Source: Podarcis liolepis (lineage: Eukaryota). From it: a DNA stretch of 64,000 bases. Below, piece by piece: positions 13,837 to 27,224 of this stretch. Where the stretch lies: assembly GCA_965112155.1 (NCBI GenBank), contig OZ218098.1; one strand, written 5' to 3'. Every line of letters starts with the position of its first letter. Positions within the stretch are counted from its first letter, which is position 1. The notes under the pieces are model-generated. The model worked only from the letters and a program-made list of their open reading frames with translations. It was not told where the DNA came from and ran no database searches. The position numbers were made by a program, and so were the translations under genes.

Positions 13837-15910
13837 TATTTAGTGTATCTTGCTCTTAGGTAAATGTGCATAGGATTGCAGCCTTAATTTTATAAATACA
13901 CTCATCTTATTTGATGAGCCACTGCATTATTTCCAATCCTAGGCATTGGAAGATATGAAATCCACATCTTCCCCCGCCCCCAATGTACAATTGGCTTTAA
14001 AGCAATTGTTTTCGAAACCAATAAATTTTGTGTGTTTAGTTTGTCTTGGGATGTTCTTCCAGCTTTTGTGTATGTTTTTGTTCTCGTATCCACATCTCTG
14101 TAGGTATATCAACATATTCTTAAACACAGGGATGAGGGGGAAAGGGAAGCTTTGAAGGACAGTGAATAGAAACCTGAAGATTTTACAAGAGGAAGTACCA
14201 CTGTGAAAAGCTGGCAGCACTGTGCTGAAGTGTCTGTTTAAAGACACACATTCTCTCTCATCTTTGTTAGGAACAAATGTTTTTCTCTATTGCCAGTTTT
14301 TCCCCAAAGGTATCTGAGCCTGTGTAAATGATCGGGATTCTTGCTGCAGTACTGTAATTTAATTGTTGTTCCAAGAACAAGATCCTTATTGAGCAATAAT
14401 CTGCAAATTCACATGGGACACCTATATTTGTCTGTGGTTATCCAAGTAGCACGAAGGCTGGTTAATAAGAACTTTGCTTCAGAGTACCCTCACTTTTAAA
14501 TTTTGCTGTGATGGTATCAGTTTATTATTTAACTGGAAGGTCATTACAATACAGTATTGTATACAAATACAGCAGCAGCAATAAAATTAAAATATTTTGC
14601 TTCTAGCAGGCCTTTTATGCATGTTTTAAAACATCTTTGAGAAATTAGCTTCTTGACAATTCACTACCTTTCTGCACGTACCCACTTCAGCTGCTTTACT
14701 TTCATACTATATGTATCTCAGGTGAACAAAATGATTTCTACTCCGTTCTCTCATTGGCATTTGGTCTGCAGCCTATAAGGTCGAATATAAATTTCCCCTA
14801 AATTTTCCACCCAGGTATGTATATGTGCATACAGTATATACCCACAAGTCTCAGGGCAGTTAAAGATGCAGAAACACTCCTCTTTTTCACCTGTCCATTA
14901 TGAAATCTAAGCATCCAAAAGGCCCTTTGGAGGGAAATATATATTCAGTGCTGCAGCTCCAGTGGCACAATAGATGTGCGCAAAACAAAGCTTCCTCTTC
15001 CTCTCCTGCCCACCACCCCGTGTTCATCTGGAGCAGATTGGGGATGGGGGAATGAGACGGTATGGCATTCCCTAAGGCTGAGCATCAGAAGAGGAGGAAA
15101 CTGGGAGTATCATCTGATAAACCTCAGCTGCAGAGAAAGGCTGGTGGATAAAAGGAGTAGCCAGAACTGGTTTGAGGCCTATTAATGTGGGAGGGGCAGA
15201 AGCTAAGATGTTGCTGATAGGGCATTCTAGGAGCTATGGGACAGGATGGGGGGTAGCAGCAGCTTGTGGTCCTGCTGGGTGACCAGGTAGCTGAATAGTA
15301 CAGACCTGTCTGCTAGAACTAACAGTGGAAGAACCAGAAGGATGTTAGCTGAGCTGTTTCTACTGAGCATGGGGGTGGGCACTGTGGCATGCCATATGCT
15401 GCCATGCATTTTTACCCATCTTCTGAGAAGATGAGCGCAGGGATGCTAACATCCCACTACTATTTTGAAAGGTGAGTTTGGTGAGACTCCATAGTTGTTG
15501 TTGTTATTAATTATCAGTCATAAAATTTATATGTCATCCTCCACCCAAAGATCACAGGGATGTTTACAGTATAAAAATACAAAATACATATCCTAATAAC
15601 AAAAAATACATACACACACACACACACACACGTTCTCTAAGCAGACAAACTTGCAGGCCCAGAGCAAAGCCTAAGCTCTTCTCTACTCCCACCATCTTGC
15701 CCCTCAGGAGGCAGAGGACCCTGTTGCACCTTTGCTGACAGGTTGAATGGGAGGCTGAGGATACAATATTTCCCACCATGTACAGGTAATCTTACTGGAT
15801 TAGGCAGTATCAGTCAAAGGGGTCTCTTGGACGGAGGGCAGCAGTAGCCACTATTAAACAGTGTCCCCAAGTATGTTGGTGTTACCAGTTGGGCAGAATT
15901 TTGCTAACCT

Positions 15911-16268
15911 CACGGGTGGTGCTGTGGTCTAAACCACTGAGCCTAGGGCTTGCTGATCGGAAGGTTGGCGGTTCAAATCCCCATGACAGGGTGAGCTCCT
16001 GTTTGCTCGGTCCCTGCTCCTGCCAACCTAGCAGTTCGAAAGCACGTCAAAGTGCAAGTAGATAAATAGGTACCCCTCCGGCAGGAAGGTAAACAGCATT
16101 TCCGTGCACTGCTCTGGTTTCGCCAGAAGTGGCTTAGTCATCCTGGCCACATGACCAGGAAAAACTGCAGACAAATGTCAGCTCCCTCAGCCACTAAAGA
16201 AAGATGAGCGCCACAACCCCAGAGTCGTTTGCGACTGGACTTAACTGTCAGGGGTCTTTTACCTTTTT
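15911..16268 (+). mobile_element. Sauria SINE
   Basis: tRNA-like head with B box (ggttcaaatcc), core gccaacctagcagttcgaaagcac...gtgcaagtagataaatagg, and acctttt tail; homologous to the 46484 and 51009 copies. Confidence 0.88.
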
Positions 16269-16560
16269 ATAAAACAATCAGTAAAGTTGGGGTGAAAATT
16301 TGGTAAACGGGGAGGGGGGGGCACACACACTGTCAGCTCCAGGTGCCTGGCTCTGCTTATGTAAACCAGCAATTTCTTTCCTCATTCCACACTATCCTGA
16401 TCCACCAGATTCTATCTTTACAACCCATGATTTACCAGGCACCAATCATAGACCAGTATTTTGTAATTTAAATCCTGGCAGTGCTATAATGCCAGCATTT
16501 ACATTTCCCAGTATAGATAGATGACTGCCAGTTACCCCAATGGGGCATAAATAAAGTGCT

Positions 16561-16587
16561 TGTCTGTCTGTCTGTCTGTCTGTCTGT
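16561..16587. repeat. (TCTG)n microsatellite
   Basis: Read directly. Confidence 0.9.
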
Positions 16588-18289
16588 ATCTCTGAGGCCA
16601 GAGAACCGCACACATCCTTTCTTAAGATCCCAGCACATTGGTGCTCTCTGCTCACCTGTAGCCTGTCATTTGGTGGCATGGAAGTAAAGAAGCAAGCTTC
16701 CAAGTAAGCCCTTAATATTATGACTAGGTGAAAATGTGTAACAGATTTCTGTGGTATTTGTCATGTACACCGAGAAATGTTTGGAGTCCACCCAGTTCCA
16801 CACCGGCTACTCTATCAGGGCAACAGCTCCCCAGGGTTTCAGACAGGCACCTTCCCAGACCTGCCTGGAGATTGGGAACTTCAGCATAGCAAGCAGCACT
16901 GTGGTCATTCCCCAATGCCTATAAAAACAAGGCCACCTTTGTCAGTCACGGAGTACTTGGCTGCACACGTTGGTGAAAAGAAAAGGAGCCATTTGTATGC
17001 AGGGAATCAACAAGAGATTCTTATCACAGCCAATTAATATAAACTTTGGCAAAGAAGAAGCCACTTAATTGTGGTTGTGCTATCACATGCTGCATTAGTA
17101 CAGTCTGTGACTGGCAGGACCTATGTGGGCTGTACATATTTTATGGGCTAATAGCCGTAAATAAATAAATGAAATGAAATATGTGGGCCAAGTGAATGTT
17201 ACACCACACACCAGTTATTACATTTATTGTCCATTTGGCACAGTAGTGATATGAAAAGTCTCTGCCCATCCTCAGCTTACGCAATGGTTTGCAATGGGTT
17301 GGGAAAAACCAATATGGTGGCATCCTTTTATGGAGCAACCTGCTATGTATGTGGCAACCAGTTATGTTTTGGAAAGCCAAGGTTTAGGTTTATTAACTTT
17401 GTATATTGCTCCCCACTAAAAAAACCCCCGAAGTGATTTACAGTAAAAAAAAATGCAATGAAGAAATTTTAAAAATGGTATTTAAAAACTGATGTAACAA
17501 TATCATACAATATCACTGACGTTGCCGAAATGCCTGGGAAAACAAAACTGTCTATGCCTCGTGCCAAAACTGGGGAAACCATTCCTCAGAGGCCACGTAC
17601 CTCAGAAAGATCTGAAGTAGTCTTGTTAAAACAAAGCAAAAAAATCTTCTGACCTATTTTGATAAGGAAATGCTGTGTTGCATATTTAGCTTTTAGTGAT
17701 GTGGAAATGTTGAAAAGCCTGTGTGCCAACTGTGTTCATTAATATGTAATGAGGCACAACATCTTGGTTCTACTCCCCCCACCCTGTAATCTTTCTTGCA
17801 CAACATTTAGCCCAGATCAAAATATCAGACAGGTGACAATTCTCGTGCATTTGCCTTCCTGCGCCACCCTCAAAGCATTAATGCAAAATAGAGAGAAAGG
17901 CATTTTATAATCATTTGAATGAAATTGCTTTGTTTTGATTTAGGCTCTTGGTCTGTGAGCATCTGCAAGGGGGGCAGTCACTCCCTCTTCCCTGGGATGA
18001 ACCACAGTCACTAGATTCCCAGCTTTTTTCTTTTTTAAAAGGGTATAGTTATATAGAGCTATATAGAATCCCATCCCCCACCCCTTCCCCAAGAGCTAGG
18101 GGCAAGTAACAATATATTTATTATTCTGCCATGCCTCTGGTAATTATATAGCTACAGTATTATAAACAAAAGCCCTTTGTATCACTTCAGGAAGAAAAGA
18201 ATTCAAAGTAAGCATTTTTTTTATGGCTTGAAAGCACCCAACTGCAGCGAAGGATAAGGACCTTAGCTTGCATACGTAAACACTGTGCA

Positions 18290-19160
18290 CAAGGAGAGCC
18301 CGGCAGCTGCTCTGGATGAATTAGCCTGGCAGAGAAGCATGGTTTGTATCCCCGCCCGCACTGACGTCCCGAAATGGCGCAATCGCCATTCGCGAGAGCC
18401 GATTGCCTAAGCTCTCTCCCTCGGAAGGACAACACCTCCCGGCCTGCCTCTCTACCAACCCCCGCTCTCCACGAGGCCCCTTCGCAACGGCAGCCGCCTA
18501 CAACTCCCAAGCGGGGCAGCGGACCCTCCATTCGCGTCCAGCAAAGGCGTTCAAACCGCGGCCTCTGGCGCGTTGCCTTCTGGGAGTCGCAGTCCGCAAG
18601 CCGGTTGGAGAGAAAGGGGGCTTTGCGCAGCCGCAGCCGCCTTCTCCGCGGCTCCTCCTCAGGGAAGTAGCGCCGCCATTTTCTCTGGCGGACTGAAGCG
18701 AGCGTCGCGTCCGCACACGGGAGGTAAGCGAGTTTAGTTGGACGCTGGCACCGCCGGCGAGTGCGCGGTTTTCCTCACCCGGGAGGGGGGCCGAGCCGGA
18801 GCAGGGGCGGGTGGGAGAGCGAGGCGGCCCGTGGCGTCGGGGGATAAGAGCCAGCGGGCTCCGTTTTATCTGCTGTGGTAAACGGAGCGGAGCCAGGCTG
18901 CGAGGCCGAAGCTCCGCCTTGCCTGGGCCCTGCGCGGCGCCCGTTCCCTGCATTGGGTCCCGGGTGAGGACTCCCTCTCCCCACATCCCCCCCCCAGGCG
19001 CCCCCTCGTCTTCGTCTCCACTTCTCTCGAGCCTCTGCCGTTAACACTCTCGTTCTTTGCCCTTCCCTTTTCCCTCCCTGCCTTCTGATCCCGAACCGCT
19101 TTTGCATCCCTCCAGATCGGGCCTTGCAAGCGCATCTCAGCAGCCGAACTTTTCATCCAT
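18290..19160. promoter_or_regulatory. CpG-island promoter of the SRSF5-like gene
   Basis: Abrupt GC/CpG enrichment; CRE-like TGACGT at 18362, YY1 cores at 18373-18390 and 18672-18682, ZNF143-type motifs at 18498-18509 and 18581-18595. Confidence 0.9.
18670..18723 (+). other. SRSF5A: Non-coding exon 1 of the SRSF5-like gene (start approximate)
   Basis: YY1 motif GCCGCCATTTT followed by a strong donor GAG|GTAAGC after 18723, inside the CpG island. Confidence 0.7.
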
Positions 19161-19769
19161 TTCCACTCAAAAGGTAATGATTGAGACGGACGATGAAGGA
19201 GCAGATTTGTTTTTGTTTTTAACCCTCCTCACGATCTCTCTCTCTGGACATTTATATTTTTGTGTGCACGCGAAAATGTCTTTATTATTCCGCCCCCCCG
19301 CCCCTGTTTTTTTTGGTAGGTATGAAAAGGAGGCTGAACGGCCTCTGATGCAGAAACATCATGAATCCTAAACTTGTTATCTGCTAAGGTGTTGCCTTAT
19401 CTACTACCAGCTTCTTTTGGTGGAGCGTAGTGGCTTTTGAGTTACACAAGAGCTCAGCTTGAAGGGTTTCTATGCTCCAACACCAGTGGGAGTTGGCGCC
19501 AAGTGAGAGATGGTTTTAATTATTTATTTCTATGCAGTGGATGTTTGACTACGTTTTGAGAGTGTGCATTGGGTACATTTGTGATAAAACTATACTCTAA
19601 AGTTGTTTGCATCTATATTGGCGTGATATAGTGTTTTAAGAAGTATGTTTTAAACACTGTCCTCAGTTGTCTCTTCTGTCCAACATCTGTGGGACTGAAT
19701 TTTAGTATTGATATAATAAAATACCTAACGTGAACACAAAAACTTAATTTCTTTGCAGCTTAGGCTAAA

Positions 19770-19895
19770 ATGAGTGGCTGTCGTGTCTTCGTTGGACGTC
19801 TAAGTCCACATGCTCGGGAGCGAGATGTGGAGAAATTTTTCAAGGGATATGGCCGTATACGTGAAATCAATCTGAAAAACGGCTTTGGTTTTGTG
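19770..19895 (+). CDS. SRSF5A: SR splicing factor 5-like (srsf5a-type), first coding exon (MSGCRVFVGRLSPHARERDVEKFFKGYGRIREINLKNGFGFV), RRM1
   Basis: ATG in aaaATGa context; RNP2/RNP1 motifs; MSGCRVF start typical of SRSF5; donor GTG|gtaggt. Confidence 0.93.
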
Positions 19896-22071
19896 GTAGG
19901 TATATGCGTATTTAAATATTTTCCTCCCAATCTAGATGACTGTAGGCAGTTACATTGTAACATACAAATCACAGGAAATCTGATTAGGCAAAATATCAGA
20001 AATGTTAAACTTCCATCTTCTCTTTAACCTTTTAGATCTTTCTGTAAATGGCTCTTAATATGTGCAAACTTCCTCTTTGAAATTGCTAATATGGTAAAAT
20101 GGAAGGCTGCTTTTTAGGTAAGAATGAAATAAATTAGCTTTGCAATTAATCATAGCCGTAGGTTGTATATGCCATGGTTCCCTCACCTGAGCCTCTCCCT
20201 CCAACCCAACATTTCTCTCTGCTGCCATTACATTTTCCTTCCTCCCCCAAACTCGCAAGAAAAATAAAAATATGGAACTTAAACTTAAGGTAAATACTCA
20301 GGATGGTTGGTTAACACTCAAAGTTTTAAGTTGGGGAGGGAAGGGGAAAACTGACAGCTTTCTTAATAGAGGTGAACTAGCCAGGTTTGTGTGGTTCTCT
20401 TTTTGTACTGGAATTCTCTGTTACATGTACAAAACAAGAGAGCATACTCTGAACACAAATTACTACATCTTGAGGGATTCTTAGTATTCAGAAATTCCAG
20501 CAACCATTAGGTGATCCTTCTTTCAATGAGAAAGAAGCCAGCCAGTTCTGCTTAGGTGGGAAGCACAACAGGTTTGGTGGGACTTGTGTCGTCTTTCTGA
20601 CCCATGCTATCAAGCAAGAGGAGAGAGGAACACAGAAGGAAAAGCAGCAGTCTTCTTTTCTGTATTTGCCTATCCAAGCAAACTCAGTGGGGCTGTGGGG
20701 ACTTGCATTTTCTCTTCTCTTGCTAGGCAAGCTAGGCAACTTGCCCCTTTGGATCTGCCTAGCTGGGGTAAAGGATACTTGGATTCTTTCTTCCTCTCTC
20801 TGAAATAGACAGATAGGGAACAAAAGTCCACCCAACTAGTGCACATCCTACCAAACAGAGGATGATAAAGTTCCATTTTGGGGGCAGCATGTGTGACTTT
20901 ATTCCCCCACTCAACAAGCAGGAGACAGGGAACCTAGCTTGCAGCTGTTTTTCCTATGCTGGAGGGGAGAGAAGTAGTTCCATGTGCCACCTCCAAAATG
21001 ATAGGTAAACTGAGCAGAAATCTTTTCTGCAAGGCAGGAAGTTGAATCCCACAGATGGGGTCTTCAGAGCTCATGAACAGTGTTAGACACTGAGATGTGA
21101 AAGCTAGGAGTTAAATGGCACCTTAAGCCTAAGGTTATGGGCGCCACAACAGAATGTCTAGATAGGTGTTTTTTATACAAAGCTGGAAATTAATGAACTG
21201 CAGCAAAAAAATCATATATTCATTTTACATATGGTTTCATCCTCATCTGAAGACTGCAAAAAACAAAGCTATACTTCCTGCCCGCCCTCCTAATATTCTT
21301 ATTTGGTTCACTCCAGTCTTCAGAGAGTGGCTGGAAGTGGGGAGACAGAAAAAGGGCTTTCTTTCTTTCCACTTTGCAGACAAGCCCTGGATTCTTCCTA
21401 CACCCCCTTTCCTTCATATAAATAAATCTTTTTGGCTCCACAATTAGCACACATTACAGGCCTATACAACCGATGGCAGAGACACCCACCTTGAGTGTCC
21501 AGTTCACAAACCTAAGACTTCATTGTCTTTCAATGATCCCACTCCAAAATTGGTTTCGATTTTAAGCATCACTGTGAGAGTGAGGTAGATAACACTTTAA
21601 AATGCACTACTTAAACCAAACCTATTTAAATCAATCTGAGGCTATAAAGTGCAAAACTGCCTTTCTGTAAGGCCAGCTGAGGTGGAACCTCTCAGCTTTC
21701 CTGTACTGATCTCTTGGAAGTCCAGCAGGGAGGATTTTCTCCTCCCATGCCCTCAGTGCCAGCAGCGGCAGTTTTAATCTTAAATATTAGGTGCAGCACT
21801 GCACCCAGATCTCAGAAACTGCTCATACTAATGAAATTCCCTGTCGCAAAACGTGCCTAGAACAACGGGAGTTTTGAACGCTGCTTATGGAGGTTGCATA
21901 CGTAGGCTGCGTTCACCCATCACAATAAGCAAGGATTGATGGATTATAATGGTATACTGTGAATGCACTGTGCTGGTACCTGCAGCCTGATGTCTCCCAC
22001 TTCACTTATCTCTTGACATGATAGAGAAAGGGAAAACCAGGAAGCTGCAGTTGTTGTGACTTCAGATATGG

Positions 22072-22167
22072 GATCCTGATTTGTTGTTCCCAAACAAGCC
22101 AGCATCACTGCAAGCCTTTATTGGCTTGCAGATCCTGACTTGTTTGGGAACTACAAACCAAGGTCTC
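22072..22167. repeat. Inverted repeat from a degenerate MITE in SRSF5-like intron 2
   Basis: ttcccaaacaag...ctgcaagcc / ggcttgcag...cttgtttgggaa. Confidence 0.55.
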
Positions 22168-23513
22168 TAGTTAGATATCACAGAAAGCCAAGCCTATCTA
22201 CAGCTTCATGGGTTACTTCTCCACTCACATCAGGAAAAGCAGTCAGGCTTAATGTACCACCACATTGCTTGCTCACCGTGAATCATAAGCAAATCTGGCT
22301 TCTTGTGGGAACACTGACATGGTTGTCTTGCCTGGAGGCAATATTTACTTGCCCCAGGTGAGTGGTCATTTTTCTTTTGACTTACACCATCTTCATTACT
22401 AGATTTGCCCATATTTTCTTTTGACCATAAGTCTAAATCACAGCAGCAAACAGCAGAACTAATGCTTTATTCAACCTGCATGCCATTATGCAGAATGCAC
22501 AGTTCTCCAAAGCTTGCCAATTAACTTCAGGCATAGGTGGATGAAGTGGGAAGCATAGGAAAATATCAGGTGTTTTTGTAGTCCCAGACCACTCTGTTAG
22601 GCAGCTGTAGCATATTGTGTGAGGCTGTTTGGTCTGAAGACTGATAGGAATTCATCACTAAACCACTTCTCATCCTGTGTGATTTGACAGCATGGCATGA
22701 CAGCATAGGCGTGCATGCTGCTGGACACAGTCAACCTGTATCATGAGTCCATTCTCATAATAGCACATCATTTCACCTGTATTTGGCAGATTCCTATATA
22801 ATGAACTTGCATTGTACAATGGCATGAGATGTTACAGTAGAGGCAAGCATTCTACTGTATTAGGTGTTGGTGGTCTTCTATTTTATGTTTTATTGTTTTT
22901 CTTATTTAAAATATTTCTACCCTTCCCTATATTTAAATATTTCTTTTAGACTACAGAGCAGACACATGTAGGCTAGCTAAACTAATGTTCCACAAATGCC
23001 TAAGCAAACAGATGTTTTAGAAATTTAATGGTTAAGTAGGTAAGTTTTAATTTGTTATTGAAATGAGTCAGTAGCTTCTGTACCTCAGGGGGGAGGGCAT
23101 TCCTGACAAGACCCATTGCCATGTTGCCACAGAAAAGTATCTCCTGCCAGAGGAACACGTAATATGAACTCCACAGAACTTCAAGCATGGGCAGGCTGGT
23201 TTAGGGAGAGATGACCCTCCTTTAATTAGTTTCCAAGTTAGGGTTTACAATTATTGTTAACTTTCTCACATATTCAGTACTCTTGTGCTGATATATACAA
23301 GTTGGGTCTAATACATCTCTAGAACCACCTGAGCATGTATAGCCTAGCCCACTTACTGAGATCATCTGGAAGAGCATTGTTAATTGCCCTCTGTGTTAGA
23401 GTCATGACTGTAATAAGCTGGAAAAAGGAATGGAAAAAAATCCCCTATTAGGGCAATAAGATTTCACTCTTAAAGAACTGAATACATGATTCATTCCTTC
23501 TTTTCCTTCTTAG

Positions 23514-23584
23514 GAATTTGAGGATCACAGAGATGCAGATGATGCTGTTTATGAACTGAATGGTAAAGAACTGTGTAATGAAAG
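23514..23584 (+). CDS. SRSF5A: SRSF5-like exon 3 (EFEDHRDADDAVYELNGKELCNE-R)
   Basis: ccttcttag| acceptor, AAG|gtaatc donor, 71 nt, in frame with exon 2. Confidence 0.94.
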
Positions 23585-23597
23585 GTAATCTTTAATT

Positions 23598-23660
23598 ATC
23601 ATAGAATTGTAGGGTTGGAAGGGACCCTGAGGGCCATCTAGTCCAATCCCCTGCAAAGCA
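23598..23660 (-). mobile_element. CR1 LINE 3'-end fragment
   Basis: Reverse complement reads ggactagatggccctcagggtcccttccaaccctacaattctatgat, the CR1 3' terminus. Confidence 0.75.
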
Positions 23661-25214
23661 CACAACTAATTGCAGATAAATTGCAATTATGTCTGCTGCA
23701 AGTAAATTGGATGGTCTGCTGCATTTGATTTTTTAAAAATCTCTAGTGTGCTGCTTGTGGGCGCAGAAGGCTGGTAGCAGATCAGGATGCAGGATTACCG
23801 CCTTACTTTTTCAACTGCTTTCTTTGAAACTGAAGAGCAGAAAAACTGGTGCCTACTGTTAACAAAAGAGACCTCACAAGAAATAGGGCTTCCTTTGTTT
23901 TTGGCAGATTACTAACATCTGTTAATCCTAGATTTGACTCCCTATATTGATCAGAGCATTCTAATTTGTGTAGTTTGTAAACCTACCAAATATACAGTGT
24001 TTTGTCGGGGGCAACTTACCCTTTCTATCTTCTATGCCTATTCAGTCTACATATATGCCTTACTGAGACACTAAAAGGTTATATATTTCATTTTTTCAAC
24101 AGAGGCAAGGGGAAAGTTTGCACTCAATAAAATACTTTTTTTCAGCTTCTCAAGAGTGGAACTGGTTTTCCATATGTTGTAGTTTGACCTCTGCACATCT
24201 TTGGGTTTGTTTTATGGCTGACAGCTACCAGCAGCTTCATTCATTTAACTCAGTCTTTAAATACCTTCTAGAGTCAGTTCTTCATAAAAGGGAGGAGTTT
24301 TGCAATGAGAAAAGCTAAGTCTTAATTTGCACAACATCCTTTTCTCCCCCATGAAACTATATTCCTGGGCATCATGTGTAATTTACCAAAAGCAACTGGA
24401 CTAAAATTACTATTGTAATTTCAGAAATAAAGTCATTCTAAGATTTTTCTGTTTTACTGAGTTTTCTAGTATTTGTATTAAATCTACATTGCAAACTTTA
24501 AAGAAATACAGGCATCCATAATTCACTTGCCAGGAACTCTTTGCCAAGATGCCCAGCAGTGTGCATGTATATGCACACTCTTCCTAAACTCATTTGCACT
24601 ACAGGTTGGAGAAGGTAAGAAATAGGGATATTTTCATGTGCAAGATGTCTTCCTCCTCCAGACTAGGCAAGCATTAGAGTTTAGGAGGGAGTTGGAGTCT
24701 TGCCTGTGTATGCAAAGACTTGGTAAGCTAAGAAGAATCAGGCGTGTCTCTCCTGCTGCTTCTTAACCATCTTTATTCCCCAGCAGAAATGAGAAAAACA
24801 CCTGCCACCCCCACCCAGCTGCTTGTATATGCAGGGTTGGTGGTAAGCACAGCTGTTGCTTTGGCCTTCTCGCTAGCCTCTGTCAACCCCCAAACTAATG
24901 CAATTAAAAAGCTGGAAGAAATAGGCGATTCTCTCATATTCGGTCATCTTAAATTGTGTACAATATATGGATGTATGAGGAAGTTAAGATTTTGCAAAAA
25001 TGAGAGGGTTTTTTGGTTACACACGTCTGAATAGACAAATATTTGCTTCTGTTTTCAAGTACCCCAAAATAGCTACATTTCATTTATAGAAATGCTTGGA
25101 GGAAGATGCCTATTTGCTTTGTGTATGTTTCCAGTAGAAAAAGATTGATGTGCTAAAGAATCTATGTCTATTTTTCATTTAATATTAATATTTCATTTTC
25201 ATTTAATATTAAAG

Positions 25215-25307
25215 GGTTACAATTGAACATGCCAGAGCCCGAAGAGGGGGTAGAGGCAGATACCCACAACGGTTCAATTATTACCAATCCTATGGGGGTG
25301 GATCTAG
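25215..25307 (+). CDS. SRSF5A: SRSF5-like exon 4 (VTIEHARARRGGRGRYPQRFNYYQSYGGGS), RGG linker
   Basis: AAG| acceptor (phase 2), TAG|gtaaga donor, 93 nt. Confidence 0.92.
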
Positions 25308-27224
25308 GTAAGAAATATGTTCTTTTTACTGCAAAGTCACTTGTTAAACAGTTAATTTTAGACTATGAACATTCTCCATACACTCAGGATTCTTAACAGT
25401 TCACATTTCTAGGGGTAGCTGCATAACATTTTAAGGTGTTCTTAATGAGCTGTGGTTATTTTCCCAACCTTTCATTACCTTTTTAGTAAGACCAATACAA
25501 GGAATCTTATGCTAGCAATCTTTTCATTGAAATTGCTGAATTCCATCTACCACCTTCAACTATAAGAAGGAGAGGTGTGTGCTGTTGAAGTCATGAATTA
25601 TTGCTGCACCTTGCCTAGTGGGTGTATGGTTAGCACTTGATAGCTTTCATGCCCATTAATATAATTATGATGCACAAGTAGTGTACTCTCACACCAGCAG
25701 GCAGAGTTTGTTATAGTTTGGTTTCAGCCTGTAGTACTTTGGTCCTGTACAAGTCTTACTGAATGGAATGGGCTTTGTGTGACTAGTGCTTCATGGACTG
25801 TGCCCCTCTTTGCTTAAACTTTGGCTGGGAGCCTAGGGGACTATAGACAAGAACTACTTGTATAAGTTAGTTGTGCTCCAAGGTCAGTAGAACCTACGAC
25901 AAAGCAAATATGACGTCTACATAGAAGACACTATAAGGCCAATATTTGTTTGAAATACACAGTCATTATAGAATGTATTTCTGTGATGCATGTCGGACAG
26001 TATATGTGAGGAAATAGTATTTTAAAATATGTTTCTCTCACATTAAACTATTTCACTGTGTCTACTACAAGCTGCTGTTAAGACATCTGTTCATGAAATT
26101 GTTTAGACACTGTATTGATAATTGCTTTTAAATAAAATTTGCATTTTTGCATTTCATTCAGAGGCAGCCTTCTTGCCGTTCTCGTGCTAAACAGAAACCA
26201 AACACATTGGAAACTACTAATTTTGCATATTGAAGTATGCTGTTTAGATTCTCTTTTCTTTAGTGCAGTGATGTTGCTGCAGTAAGAGTGATCCAAGGTC
26301 GAGGCTAAAAGTGAACTTTACTAAAGTAGGATATGTGACTGACGTTCATGGGCATCTTGCATGGTAGTTACGTTCATGACATCAGGCACATGGTGCCAGA
26401 CAAGAAGAGACTACTATTTCCAGTAGTGAAAAGTGGGACTCGGCCTTCCAGTTGGGGGATTCTGGAACTTCTTTTAAATGCTCTGAAGATCTGGATATTC
26501 TGAAAATGTGGGGCATTTAGAGGTATGCAAATGAAATGGAGTTGCCTCTGCTTAAATTTCCAAAAGATGCACTTGTTGTTGGTTGAATTTCATATTATAT
26601 AAAAGAGCCATCATTTGGAGTGGATTTTGGTAGCTAGCCTGAACAAACTAATGTACAGTTCTCCAGTTGTTCATACTAGCACTTTATAATATTTTGGGGT
26701 TTGATGACAGTAAGCCAGATCTTTTATTCATGTAAAATTAGGTAGATAGTGCATCAGCTCCCACAGCTTATTGAAGTACCATAGTGCTGTAGTAAGCATG
26801 CAGTCTCCACAGCCTCATCCTCCTGGGGTGATTCATGCCTGTATGTTCATCATTTGATGTGTGTTCACAGCATGTAGGGTCTTTGAAAAATGTTATGTTA
26901 GGTGATAGCTTTGAAAGCTGTTTATATGCTGGCTGTTGCACACATGGAGGTCATTGACTGATGAACACACTTGCATGAACTGCCCCATAGTCATTTAGTG
27001 TGTGTCTTGCAGTTTGTGTATATATTCCACTTGCCTTCCCTATTACAGACAATAAGCAACTGCCCGGTAGCCTTTCCCCTCATTTAAATAAAACACAGTC
27101 AAATTTCTAAAACATTTTCTGGTTTACTGAGCAATCTGAAGCAATCTGTCCCAGCATAATGCACTTTCATTTTCCGCATGAAGTATAAATGAACAAATAA
27201 TGGAAAAATGTGTTTCTCTTGTAG

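Noticed and set aside
15911-15975. tRNA gene (A/B box-like sequence; also near 46520 and 51310)
   Set aside because: These are tRNA-derived SINE heads continuous with the SINE body; no cloverleaf.
18187-19371. Many overlapping ORFs on both strands
   Set aside because: Expected from stop-codon scarcity in a CpG island; low-complexity R/G/P/A translations.
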